From contig NC_081396.1 in assembly GCF_030684315.1 (NCBI RefSeq), positions 2,542,001-2,606,000 of the forward strand: 64,000 nucleotides of DNA, written 5' to 3'. The translations under genes and the position numbers were made by a program. Positions 13,090 through 24,412 of the stretch are shown here, in pieces. The notes under the pieces were generated by a model. That model had not been told where the DNA came from and did not search any database. It worked only from the letters and a program-made list of their open reading frames with translations. The stretch is from Stegostoma tigrinum. Its lineage: Eukaryota. Within the stretch, counting starts at the first letter, position 1; every line of letters starts with the position of its first letter.

Positions 13090-13545
13090 AGTATTCCTTT
13101 GGGACTCCAACTCCCACAATCCCTAAAGAGGGCAACACATCCTGAAACTGCGCATGTTCGCAGTGAAGGCGGGGCTTCGGATCACGTGCGCGGTGAACCG
13201 GGTGTGGGCACGTTCCGCGCTGTGATTTGCCGGCAAACGAGGGCAACCTCTTTTTTTCAGAGATAATGGGAACTGCAGATGCTGGAGATTCCAAGATGAT
13301 AAAATGTGAGGCTGGATGAACACAGCAGGCCAAGCAGCATCTCAGATGCTGCTTGGCCTGCTGTGTTCATCCAGCCTCACATTTTATCAACCTCTTTTTT
13401 TATTGGTCGATCCGCGGCGTCAAAGTGTCACCGCGCACACGTGGGCCCAGGTTCCACACTCAAATCGTCATAATGCCGAGAATTGACCAATGAGAAAGAA
13501 GAGAGGACCGGAAGCATTCTCCCAGCCTGAACCATGCCGCAGAAC
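13090..13545 (+). promoter_or_regulatory. CpG-rich promoter of the 14.3-kb ZNF gene
   Basis: ZNF143/SBS-like ACTCCAACTCCCACAATCCC at 13104-13123; TGCGCATG; GC box; CCAAT boxes; CCGGAAG. Confidence 0.6.
13258..13389. mobile_element. Short Penelope family A end fragment with inversion, forming a perfect hairpin; 14-bp TSD
   Basis: 46-bp perfect inverted repeat at 13297-13342 and 13344-13389; flanking caacctcttttttt at 13244-13257 and 13388-13401. Confidence 0.9.
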
Positions 13546-13561
13546 TGTGAGCAAAATCCTC

Positions 13562-13650
13562 AACCCCGAGCAGCTAGCGTGACGGGGTAGGTGTATAAAT
13601 GTTTATTTTTTGTATATTTTATTAATAAAGTATATTTTTTAACTAAAAAA
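13562..13650 (+). mobile_element. Severely 5'-truncated Tx1-like LINE 3' end related to the 30872-36209 element
   Basis: Matches the reverse complement of 30872-30966 (gggtaggtgtataaatgttt...aataaagtatatttt plus A tail); TSD gtgagcaaaatc(c/t)tc at 13547-13561 and 13651-13665. Confidence 0.85.
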
Positions 13651-14309
13651 GTGAGCAAAATCTTCTCTTTTATCTTCCTTTTCGTTTGCCTTTTTTCCGT
13701 TGTGTTAAATTATTGACATGTAGCAATTGAAGGGAAGCAAGTGAACTCAGGATGGGTGCACAGTCTCAAGAAGTAGTGAGTATGGATCTATTTGGAGAGT
13801 GGGGAGGGTGTATATTAGCGACAGCAGAGTGAACATCATAGGAGAAAGCGTGGGATGAAGGTTTACAGATTTGGGGGAACATCGAGGAAAAAGCTATCCC
13901 AGAGAAAATAGAATTGTGTGTTCTCAAAGTCTAATTTGGTATTTGTTCTTTTTTTTTACAGGATGCTAGAAGATAAATGCTTTCAGACAGAAATCACAAA
14001 ACAAACTTCATGTGCAGATAGTGACTAAATTAACCAAGATTTGAATAACCATTGAGGGATAAATGCCCATTTGTTCTGTCTGCAGCAAAGGTTTTAAATA
14101 TTAATTTGACTGAGACATATCCTACCACTCCCGAGTAACAGTCTTCCAATGAACTGACTCTGGCAAAAAAAAACTTTAACATGTGACACAGCCTGAAAAA
14201 CCATTACACCATTCACAGCAGGGAGACACCAATACCTGTGCTCTGTGCTCTGTGTGGGTAAGGCTTCAGCTGATCGTTGAACACTCAGAGACACAACAAC
14301 ACCCATAAC

Positions 14310-14900
14310 ATGGAGAAACCATGGAAGTGTGACGACTGTGGGAAGGGATTCCATTCACTGTCAACACTGGAATTTCATCGACGTGGTCACAGCAGGGAGA
14401 GGCCGTTGACCTGCTCGGAATGTGGGAAGGAATTCCCTGATTCATCTGCCCTACAAAAACATCAGCGTACTGCCACTGGAGAGAGACCGTTTGCCTGTTC
14501 CGAGTGTGGGAAGAAATTCAGGGAATATTTCACCTTGTTGAGACACCAGCGAGCTCACACTGGGGAGAACCCATCCGCCTGCTCAGAGTGTGGGAAGGTA
14601 TTCACTCAGTTGTCGGGTTTGCGTGCACACCAGCGAGTTCACACTGGGGAGAGACCATTTAGCTGCTCTGATTGTGGAAAGGAATTCACTCAGTCATCAC
14701 ACCTGAGGAAGCATGAGCAAATTCACACTGGGGAGAGACCATTCAAGTGCTCCAACTGTGGGAAACGATTCAGACAGTCATCTGCCCTACATGTACACCA
14801 GCGAGTGCATACTGGGGAGAAGCCATTTATCTGTTCTGAGTGTGGGAAACAATTCACTCAGTCATCACATCTGCAGAAACACAAGCAACTTCACAAGTGA
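14310..14900 (+). CDS. C2H2 zinc-finger protein, 7 tandem fingers (one lacks the last His), no effector domain visible
   Basis: aacATGG start, MEKPWKC; CxxC-12-HxxxH repeats with TGERPF linkers; ends HK-stop; candidate splice acceptor tttacag at ~13960. Confidence 0.85.
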   Translation: MEKPWKCDDCGKGFHSLSTLEFHRRGHSRERPLTCSECGKEFPDSSALQKHQRTATGERPFACSECGKKFREYFTLLRHQRAHTGENPSACSECGKVFTQLSGLRAHQRVHTGERPFSCSDCGKEFTQSSHLRKHEQIHTGERPFKCSNCGKRFRQSSALHVHQRVHTGEKPFICSECGKQFTQSSHLQKHKQLHK

Positions 14901-15579
14901 ATACCACCTTCTCAAGGAGGACAATTCGGAATGGGAAGTAAATTCTGACACAGACATTGATGCTATATCCCATGAACAGATGTAAAAATGAGAGCAAATC
15001 ACATCCAAGGCTGAGCCATGTTCATTTGGACAGTGGGTTTCTTTCTGCTGCACTGGCCGCTCTCACCACTTTGCCTCCAGTAAGGCTGATGCTTTTCGAG
15101 CCTGGGACTGCACGTAACTACTTTAACGATCCCCAAAAGTTGACAAACGATATTTATCCTGGACAGGTAATAGTTTTGTTTATCCCCCACCCCCCCCCAC
15201 CCACCCACCATAAAATCTGACTGAAACACATGAGTCTGCAACACAGGCCAAGCCAATCGACTCAGTTGAGCTCTGACAGAGTTTAGGCTCCACATGTGTC
15301 TTCGCCCCCTCCCCTTTTCATCTTCCCCATCAGCAGATCCTTGTGTACCATTCTCCCTCATGAATGTGCCCAGCTGCTACCCTGCTACTTCTCAGAGATG
15401 GAGGCTGAGTGCTTGGAAGATTTGACAAAGTTGTGGTCGATATGTAGGTGCATAAATTCCCTCACCTTCAGTCCCTGCCTTTCATTCTATCTTTGCACAG
15501 AAGCCAGAGTCTTTTGTGAGATTCTCTCTCACTCTTTTTGTTTTTTGTTTTTATTTTGTTTGTCATCAGTTTCATAAGA

Positions 15580-16840
15580 TATTAGAAGAGGGAGATTTAT
15601 AATCGAAACATTACACTTGATCTGATGGAGTCCCCAGTTTATCATAAACAGAATGGCATCAGATTTTGAACATAGATGGAAAAAGTCCCATTCACAGTGG
15701 AGATGAAGTGTGCACATGTTGTGTGTGTGTGAGAGAGAGAAGGCTTCGGCCAGTCATTGGACCTCAAACCACGTATGCACTCACGCTGGGGAGAAACTGT
15801 GGAAGCATGGGGATATTGGGAGAAACTCATTTCCCCATCTGAGCTGGAAGCTCATCAACACAGTCACTCCAGTAATAGGCCATTCACCTGCTGAGTAAGT
15901 GGGAAGGGATTCACTCAGTCATCTAACCTGCTGCAACATACCACTCAGTCACACTGAGGAGAGACTGTTTCAATGCCTGACCTGCAGGAACTGCTGTAAA
16001 AAGTACAGGGCGCTGTTGTGCCATCATGTTTTCATACTATGGACAGATCTTTTGAATATCCAGACTGTGGAAAATGCTACATAACATCTAGAGGCCTGGA
16101 GTCCCACCCATGGATGAGAGACCTTTTAAATGCTCAAACTGTGGCAATTGCTTTAAAATGTCTGTGGACATGTTGTCTTATCAGCTTGCTCACATTTATG
16201 AAAGACTTTTTAAATTCCCAGACTGTGTGAAATGACCAGGACCTGACGTTCAATCTGAGGAGAGACCATTCAGTGACTCACTCTATAGGACTCGGTTCAG
16301 GCAGTTATCTGACCTCGTAGAGCACCAGCAGGTTCACACTGGGAAGGAACTGTTCACTTGTGCCGAGTGTGGGAGGTGATTCACTCAGTCATCCAACCTG
16401 AGATACCATCAAGCTCACGCTGCGCAGAGGATTTTAAATGCCCAGACTTTAGGAAGTGCTACACACTCTCCTGAGAACTGACTTATCATCAATGTGTTCA
16501 CACTGGGGAGCCAACCTTTAAATGTGAGAATATCAATTCAAGTTTCTGGGACCTGTTTATTACCAATGTGTTCACATTGGGTGGCGACCTTCCAAACATC
16601 TAGTTTGTGGGAAGCGCTATTGAAGTTCTGTGGAACTAACGTCCCATCAACATGCTCACATGATGGGAGACCTTTCAGGTGCTTTCGCTGTGGGACTGGG
16701 TTCAGGCGAGCAACTCCATTTTCAGGACACTAGTGAGTTCACACTGGGAAGAAACCATTCACTTGTGCTGTGTTTTTAAAAAAAACAGTCAGCTCGTTCA
16801 TCCACCCTGCTGAGACAGCAGAGAGATCACACATCTCAGC
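15580..16840 (+). pseudogene. C2H2 zinc-finger pseudogene (long-array type)
   Basis: Repeated gggaagggattcactcagtcatc and cacactgaggagagac motifs with many stops and frameshifts; leader-exon homology at ~15580-15680. Confidence 0.8.
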
Positions 16841-17344
16841 AGTGATTAGACTTTGCTTTCAGTTTTTGAATGTAATTAACAGCAAAGTTTTAATTTTCAG
16901 GATAAAAGTCAAATAAATCTGCTTTATGTCAAACACAGTGTAGCAGGTCATTGTGATACTGTGATTACAAATTAAGGCCTTTTATAGGTTTCTCCCTCTC
17001 CTGCATCTACCCCTTGAACAGCAATTCAGCATCCATCAGGCCATACATCCACTGAGCCTCTCCTATCCCAGCCCTGACTTTCCCTCCTGTCATGCCCTGT
17101 TAGAACTCATGTCCATCAGATCCACCTCTTTGTCTCTTGACTCTACTCCCATAAAATGACTGACCATCCGATTGCCCCGTGTTCCTTGTATTGATAATTC
17201 TCCCTCTCTGGGCCTGTCGCTTCACCTATTAATCCACCATCATCCCACGCTATAAAAAGAAACCCTTTGCACCACCATCCTTGTAATGATGGCTGTTTGG
17301 CACAACATGACTGCACTGACTCTCTGAGCACTTTTCCTTATCAG

Positions 17345-17680
17345 GGAGGCGAAGGCCTAGGGTATCATCGCTGGACTTTTAATCCAGAGACCACAGCAAC
17401 GTTCCGGGGACCTGTGTTTGAATCCTGCCACGCCAGATGGTGAAATTTGAATTGAATAAAATATCTGGAATTAAGAGTCTAATGATGACCATGAATCCAT
17501 CGTCTATTGTTGGGAAAACCCATCTGGTTCACTAATGTCCTTTAGGGAAGGAAACTGCCATCCTTACCTGGTCTGGCCCACATATGACCCCAGACTGACA
17601 GCAATGTGATTGACTCTGAACTGCCCTCTGGGCAATAAATGCTGCCTAGCCAGCAAAGCCCTCAACCTGTTAATGATTAA
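17345..17680 (+). mobile_element. tRNA-headed SINE (SacSINE/Deu-SINE-like, family tentative)
   Basis: B-box-like gtttgaatcc; core ctggttcactaatgtcctttagggaaggaaac; 3' tail gggcaataaatgctgcctagccagc shared with the LINE end at 3460-3535. Confidence 0.6.
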
Positions 17681-18194
17681 AGAAATTGTTTCTATTGAAT
17701 TAATTATCATTGCCATCCGCAGTGTTTCACTCAAACGTTTGTGACATCTGTGATGTGGCTTCCTGTCAAAGATCACAGCAATAGGTCTGAGGAGGAAAAG
17801 ATGCCACAGGAGGGTTTTTCTTTTCTTTTGTCCATCATTTCAGTTTATATTCTACAAGGAGAGGTCATAATGAATTCCCAGCTTTCACCTCATGAAACGT
17901 CTCCAGATGGTTTTTCAAACACTGCAGCACCAAGACACATTCGTGAAGGTAAGAAACATCTCAGCTAAAGAGTGTGGACCTCAGGAACTGTCCTAAAGAA
18001 GAAGGCATGGATTTCCTGTTCCAGTGAAACAGCAATGGTTATTGGCACAGAGCAAGCAGCTTATTTCTCTTCCACCACAACACATCTGATGGAAATTTCC
18101 ATATAGATTCGTAAACACAAAGATCAAATGAGAGCAGAGGCAGTCGGACCGGTTCTGAAAAGTTGGAGCAGTTTTCCTGGTGGTGGTAGGGATT

Positions 18195-18600
18195 CAGATT
18201 TTCAAAGCCTTTCCCATTTGGAAAGTAGTCTCTGCCTCATTTCTTCCCACCAAAGCACATGACCTCACAGTCACGCATATTGTATTCCATCTGCCACTTC
18301 TTTGTCCATTCATCAGGCCTATCCAAGTCCTTCTGCAGCTTCTTGCTTCCTCAACACTATCTGTCTCTCCAGCCATCTTCATGTCATTTGAAAACCTTGC
18401 TACAATGCCCTCAGTTCCCCTGTCAAGTTCATTATTGTATATTGTGTAAAGCTGTGGCGCCAACACTGACCACTGCAGAACTCCACCAGACACCAACTGC
18501 CGTACTGAAAAAGATTCCCTCAGACCCAGACTTCTGCCAATCGTCCAATCCTTTGTTCATGCCAATACCTTGCCCCTGACACCATGAGATTTTATATTCT
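18195..18600 (-). mobile_element. CR1 RT fragment
   Basis: GVLQWSVLAPQLYTIYNNELD...ARFSNDMK is a degenerate form of GVPQGSVLGPLLF...FADDTK. Confidence 0.8.
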
Positions 18601-18918
18601 TTAGCACCGTGGACCGCTTAAATACTCTCCTATTCAGTGTGAGACTAAAATTCAGCCCTTCTTATTTTTGGAGAACAATCTCACACGATCAGAGACAGTC
18701 TGTTGACCTGATGACGAAGAAGTTGTTCTCAGTCTGAAATCAGCAAGCTTGGTTCACATCCAGTTTTTACACAGGACCACGTGTCACAGAGACAAACAGC
18801 ACAGCAATCACCCTTTGTTGGCATGGATGAGGATTGGAACAAAGTTTCCCAAACCAGGCTAGTCTCATTTGTCTGCGTTTGGCCTGTAACGCTGGCTAAG
18901 ATCAGGAAAGATGAGGAA

Positions 18919-18996
18919 CGTAATAAATCCGGCTCAAATCTGCGAGGGGACAACCAATAGGTTTCAAATCCATCACCTACACTTGGCCATGACTAC
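18919..18996 (-). pseudogene. tRNA-Ser(TGA)-like pseudogene
   Basis: Minus strand reads gtagtcatggccaagtgtaggtgatggatTTGAaacctattggttgtcccctcgcagatttgag...tacg, colinear with tRNA-Ser (GTAGTCGTGGCCGAGTGGTTAAGGCGATGGACTTGAAATCCATTGG...); B box is damaged. Confidence 0.7.
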
Positions 18997-19024
18997 AGGA
19001 CGCACAACATTGTCAATACAGCAG

Positions 19025-20310
19025 TCCTCCCTGGACTGACCTATCCCCTCCCTACCTTCCCACCCCTTTACTGGCTCCATTCCCGCCTCTTTGACCTGTC
19101 TGTCTCCTCTCCACCTATCTTCTCCTCTATCCATCTTCGATCCGCCTCCCCCTCTCTCCCTATTTATTTCAGAACCCCTTCCACTCCCCCTTTTCTGAAG
19201 AAGTGTCTAGGCCCGAGATATCAGCCTTCCTGCTCCTCTTTTGCTGCTTGGCCTGCTGTGTTCATCCAGCTCTACGATGACAAAGTGTGGGGCTGCATGA
19301 ACACATCAGGCCAACAGCTCTGCACCTTGTTATCGCAGTTCCAGGCTGAAGCCCGTTCGACAAGTTCCGCATTGTGACGTCTGACGTTGAGGGGCGGGCT
19401 TTTCCCAGACGCAGCCAGTAAGAATCGCTGACTTCGTCGGCGCTGCCCCCAGGTTCCAGGCTGCAGTCCAGGCACGCGGAGCCCCGCCCCAAATCCATTA
19501 ATTTCCCCTCTCTCCGGATCCAGGTCAGGCAGTGGGGGAGGGGAGGGCGCTTTGCAAAATCGCTTCCCTTCGTTTCCTTCCTCTCCCTGAACGACTGGGG
19601 GCGGGGGAGAACAGTTTAGAAAACCCTCTTCCATTTTCCGAGTTAACAAAGTGTGGAGCTGGATGAACACAGCAGGCCAAGCAGCATCTTAAGATTCTTC
19701 AGCATCTGCAGTTCCTATTATCTCTTCCACTTTCCGCCAGGTTACCCAATAGCACAGAGTTTGTATATTTTCTTTCGAAAGAAGGAGCAGACCAAGAGCT
19801 GCAAGAGTCTTACAATGAATCAGAAGGTGAATATGAGATAACACAGTGTGGAGCTGCAGATCTTCGGAAAGGGTCCCAACCCGAAACGTTAACTTTCCCC
19901 CTCTTCTGACGCTGCCTGGCCTGTACCTCCACTTCCACACTGTTATCTCAGATCGCCAGCATCCACAGTTCTTGCTATTCTCTGAAGGTGAATATGATCC
20001 GAACCTCACTGTTTGCGTGTTTCAGGTTTGTCTGTGGGGAAAGATATAGAACATGTGGAAATGAAGAGGGGAAGAGCATAGAGGACTTTGAAAACAAGAA
20101 TAGGAATTTTAAAGAGAATAGGAACTGCAGATGCTGGAGATCTGAGATAACGAGGTGGAAAGCTGGATGAACACTTTTCAGGCTTAGACCCTTCTTCAGA
20201 CCCTTCCCATTTTCTGAAGAAGGGTCTCGGCCTGAAACGTCAGCCTTCCTGCTTGTCTGATGCTTGGCCTGCTGGGTTCATCCAGCTCTACACCTTGTTA
20301 CCTGGGAATT
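19025..20310. mobile_element. Cluster of at least four Penelope family A end fragments, several with internal inversions, surrounding a CpG island
   Basis: Repeat copies at 19025-19335, 19641-19721 (TSD ctcttcca(t/c)tttccg at 19626-19640 and 19722-19736), 19835-19983 and 20113-20303. Confidence 0.8.
19340..19620 (+). promoter_or_regulatory. CpG-rich promoter-like island upstream of the ZNF remnant at 21.4 kb
   Basis: GC boxes (ggggcggg, ccccgcccc), TGACGT half-sites, high CpG. Confidence 0.55.
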
Positions 20311-21399
20311 TAAAAATTGAGATGTCGCTGAGCAGGAGGCCTTAAATTTCTCTGTATGTTTATTAATGCAATGTGGGCAGTGCTGCTTGGGTCAGCATGA
20401 GACTAGCCATCTCAGATGCTTTGTGGAAGTTGGTGCCATGTACCAGGTCTGCCATCATTGACTACGCAGTACAGAGGTGTGTGGGCAAGTCAGAGTTGCT
20501 GGAGTTGCAATGGAGTCTTGGAGTTGCAATGTGTTATTGAATTGAATAATTTATTTTTACGTGTATTCAGTTAAAAATACAGTGAAATGTGTGTGCCTTC
20601 GCTGTGCATACATGGCACCATTTACATTAACTTAAAATAAAATAAGAATAAAAAGGATAACTTGAGAGTCCAAGTTTTCCCTCCGTCACCGCAGTTCCGC
20701 CCCGGGCCTTCCAGCCCTCGCCATACCTCTGCCAGAGTCCATCTCTGGGCTGCCTAACTGGCCCAATCTCACCACCATCTCACCAGCCAATCTTGATCTG
20801 CTGCTATTGCTCCTGCCCATGTTCAATCCGCAGTCACTGCAGGACACATCGCTCACGTGTAGCTCACGCCATGTGGTTCCTGGTCGTGGTTCAGCTCCTT
20901 CCTTATTCCTTCAGTAGGTAGTTGAAAGAGGTAGGGGGTGTAGAATTATGATAGAGGGAGAGAAAAGGGAGCCAAAAAAGGAAGGACAAGGAAAGAAAGT
21001 AAAACAGCAGTGCCCAGCAGAATGGAGTTCCGAATGAAGCAACTTACCCTGCTACCATTTGGAGCACCTAGTTTTAAATAGCCTTGGGGTCACTCTTGCA
21101 GCCAAACTCTTTTCTGTTGTCTTGTCTGTGCTGGAGAGAGACCATGCAGTGTCCACTGGCAGGATTGATACCTTCCATGACCGTTGGGCACTGCAGAGCA
21201 TAGACTCTGGGGATAACTTCATGGTTTAGTTGGAAAAGTTCCTGTTACTTTTGTTAGGTATTTGTTGCAGATTTTGGCTTTTTTGAATTTGACTGAAACA
21301 CATTTGGGGAATTTAGAGGGGTAAGAATTCTCCAGAGAAACGGGAATAGTTTGTTTTTAACATGTATCCGAGACTGATAGTGAGACTGATACTGAGAAT

Positions 21400-21770
21400 T
21401 CCTTTTGCAAGATGTTGAATGAGATCTCAATTTGGATGGCATTCATTGGTAGATGGGAATCTCAAAGCAAACATCAAGTCAAGATCTGACAGGGTCATGA
21501 GATTCAGCAGTACCTGAATACCATCAGCCTTTGAACGTGGATAGAAATTTTTTTCTCTGCTCTGTCTGTGGGAAAAGGTTTCAAACATTCGTGTACCTGC
21601 AAAAGCTCAATGCTGAGAGAGAGTATTCCAATGAACTGACACTTGGGAAAAACAGTTACAACATCCCACAATTCACATGATCTGTGTGGATAAGGCTTTA
21701 ACCAGTCATCCAATCTGGTGAGACAGAGAACATTGACATCATAGAGAAATGTGCAAATTGGGAGTTACAC
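21400..21770 (+). pseudogene. Decayed ZNF unit (leader exon and first fingers only)
   Basis: Leader motif caagtcaagatctgacagggtca shared with other units; finger remnants tgtgggaaaaggtttc and ggctttaaccagtcatccaatctg. Confidence 0.55.
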
Positions 21771-23044
21771 AAAGAACTGAGCCTTGAAACACAGCCAGAC
21801 TCACGCTGTGAGGTGAGGAGTTACACTTTATTCATCCAGTGATGAAGAGGGAACAGTGATATGTGTCCAATAACAAGTTGGATTTATCATGACGCCTTTT
21901 AAATATTGGATTGTTCCAAGATAATCAGGAGTGTTACAAAGTTGTAGAACAAGATATTAGGGCAGAAAACAAGTTTTGATCTCTTTTGGTCAAAGAGGTA
22001 GATTTTTAACACGCATCCTAAAGGAGGAAAATGAAGTTGAGGGGCAGAAAGCGTTAGCAAGGAATGTCCATAGCTTCTGGCTTGTCAGCTGAAAGCATGC
22101 TGGACCGATTTAAAATCAGGGCTGTCTGTGACCCAAAATTAGACAGGAGCAGAGATCATGCAGCATTGCGAATGGGGCAGGGGGAAGATAGTTAGAAGCT
22201 CATCTTGGAGTAAAATACCATGCCCTGCTTGTGTAGAAACTCAGATGGTTGCCTAGGGGGAGAGGGATGGAGTTGGAAGCGAGGAAGTGGAGATCATGAT
22301 GGAACTGAAGGCCATGGTACTGGTCTTCCTTAGTATTTGATTGGAGGAAATTTCTGTTCATCAAGTTCTGATGTCCAAAACATGGGGACAGTATGCGAGA
22401 TGGAGGGAACCTGGCAGTCATGATGTTCACATCCAGCTGCTCCTCTAATCCTTTCAGGAGGTAGGACATGACGGTCTGGGAGATTTTCTTAAAGTCTTAG
22501 CTGTGTTCTGGAGATGTAAAGTCCCTCTCTATTGCTCCCTTTTTCTCCTACGTTCATCTCTCCCTCTCCCTCTCTCATTAGTTTTTTACAACAGTCTGGT
22601 AGCTTTCATGGTCACCTTCTTTTCCCAATGGCCCCACATGACCAGATTCATTCCGATCAATTTCATAACTTTCCTTTTGCGTTTTTGTGGATTCTCTCAA
22701 AGAGGAGAGAAACTGGAGCAGGTTTCAAAGAAAGAGAAAATTGGAGGGAGTTTGTCCGATGGGCTAGTGGTGGGTGAGGAAGAAGTACAGGCAGCTGATC
22801 AGATTTATCACTAAGATTGAGACAGTCAATGATAGAGAAGAAGAGAGGGAGAACCCTTCAAAGTGAAGTCTAAAGAACGTTAAAAAATTTAGGCAGACTC
22901 TGTACTGAACACAAAACTAATTTATCTGACTATTTTGCCAAATATTGGTACTTGTGACTGAGCTAAACATCAGCAGAAATTGACCTTGATGAACACAGCT
23001 CCATTCTAGTTGTGGTTAACAGCAAAATACAGCCCCTGCTGCAG

Positions 23045-24412
23045 TCACTTGTGAAGTCGCTGGTGCCGAAGCAGGTGAGCTGACTGAGTGAATCTCTTCT
23101 CACACACTGAGCAGGTAAATGGCCTCTCCCCATTGTGAACTCGCTGATGTATCAGCAGGTTGGATTTGGTTGTGAATCCCTTCCCACAATCAGAGCAGGG
23201 GAATGGTCTTTCTCCAGTGTGAATTCGCTTGTGTACACTGAGGTCAGATGATCGCCTGAACCCAGTCCCACACCGAGAGCACTTGAATGGTCTATCGTCA
23301 GTGTGAATACGTTGATGACGCATCAGATCTCCAGAACTTTTAAAGCATTTCCCACAAACTGGACATTTAAAAGGTCTCTCGTCAGTGTGGACATGTTGAT
23401 GGGACAACAGAGCCTTGGAACTTTTATAGCACTGCCCACATTCTGGGCATTTGAAAGGTCTGTCCTCGGTGTGTACCCGCTGGTGTGCCATGAGATGAGA
23501 TGACTGAGTGAATCCCTTCCCACACACTGAGCAGGTGAATGGCCTTTCTCCAGTGTGAACTCGCTGGTGCGTCATGAGGTAAAATGACCGAGAGAATCCC
23601 TTCCCACACTCAGTACAAGTGAATGGCCTTTCCCCAGTATGCATTCGCTGGTGTACACGGAGATCAGATGACCATCTGAACCCAGTCCCACAGTGACAGC
23701 ACCTGAATGGTCTCTCTTCAGAGTGAACACGTTGATGGGACATCAGCTCGGTGGAACCGATATAGCCCTTCCCACAGTCTGAGCATTTGAAAGGCCTCTC
23801 CTCAGTATGAACCCGCTGGTGTTTCAGCAGGCTGGATGTCCGTGTAAATCCCTTCCCACACTCTGTGCAGGTGAATGGCCTCTCCCCAGTGTGAACTCTC
23901 TGGTGTGCACGGAGATCATATGGTCGGCTGAACCCAGTGTCACAGTGAGGGCACTTGAATTGTCTCTCCTCAGTATGAACACTTTGATGACGTATCAGTT
24001 CCCCAGAACTTTTAAAACACTTCCCACAAACTGAACATTTAAAGGGTCTCTCGTCAGTGTGAACACGTAGGTGGGACATCAGTTCGCTGGAACGTTTGTA
24101 GCAGTTCCCACAATCTTGGCATTTAAAAGGGTCAGTGTGAACGCGCTGGTGCATCAGCAGCATGGATGATTGAGTGAATCCCTTCCCACATATGGAACAG
24201 ATAAATGGCCATTTCTCACTGTGACCACGTTGGTGAATTTCCGGATCAGAAATGTAACTGATTGCCTCCATGCAGTCCCCACTTTTCCACAGTTTCTCCC
24301 CAAAATGACTGCACTTGTGTTTCAACAGGCTAGATGACTGTCTGAATCCTTGTCCACACACAGAACTCATGTACGGTTTCTCTCTACTGTGAACAAGGCT
24401 TTCTTCTTCCAT
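23045..24412 (-). CDS. C2H2 zinc-finger protein, 14 intact fingers preceded by two degenerate fingers
   Basis: Open frame; aacATGG start, MEEESLVHS; TGERPF, TEERPF and TDERPF linkers; ends HK-stop. Confidence 0.9.
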   Translation of the reverse strand: MEEESLVHSREKPYMSSVCGQGFRQSSSLLKHKCSHFGEKLWKSGDCMEAISYISDPEIHQRGHSEKWPFICSICGKGFTQSSMLLMHQRVHTDPFKCQDCGNCYKRSSELMSHLRVHTDERPFKCSVCGKCFKSSGELIRHQSVHTEERQFKCPHCDTGFSRPYDLRAHQRVHTGERPFTCTECGKGFTRTSSLLKHQRVHTEERPFKCSDCGKGYIGSTELMSHQRVHSEERPFRCCHCGTGFRWSSDLRVHQRMHTGERPFTCTECGKGFSRSFYLMTHQRVHTGERPFTCSVCGKGFTQSSHLMAHQRVHTEDRPFKCPECGQCYKSSKALLSHQHVHTDERPFKCPVCGKCFKSSGDLMRHQRIHTDDRPFKCSRCGTGFRRSSDLSVHKRIHTGERPFPCSDCGKGFTTKSNLLIHQRVHNGERPFTCSVCEKRFTQSAHLLRHQRLHK

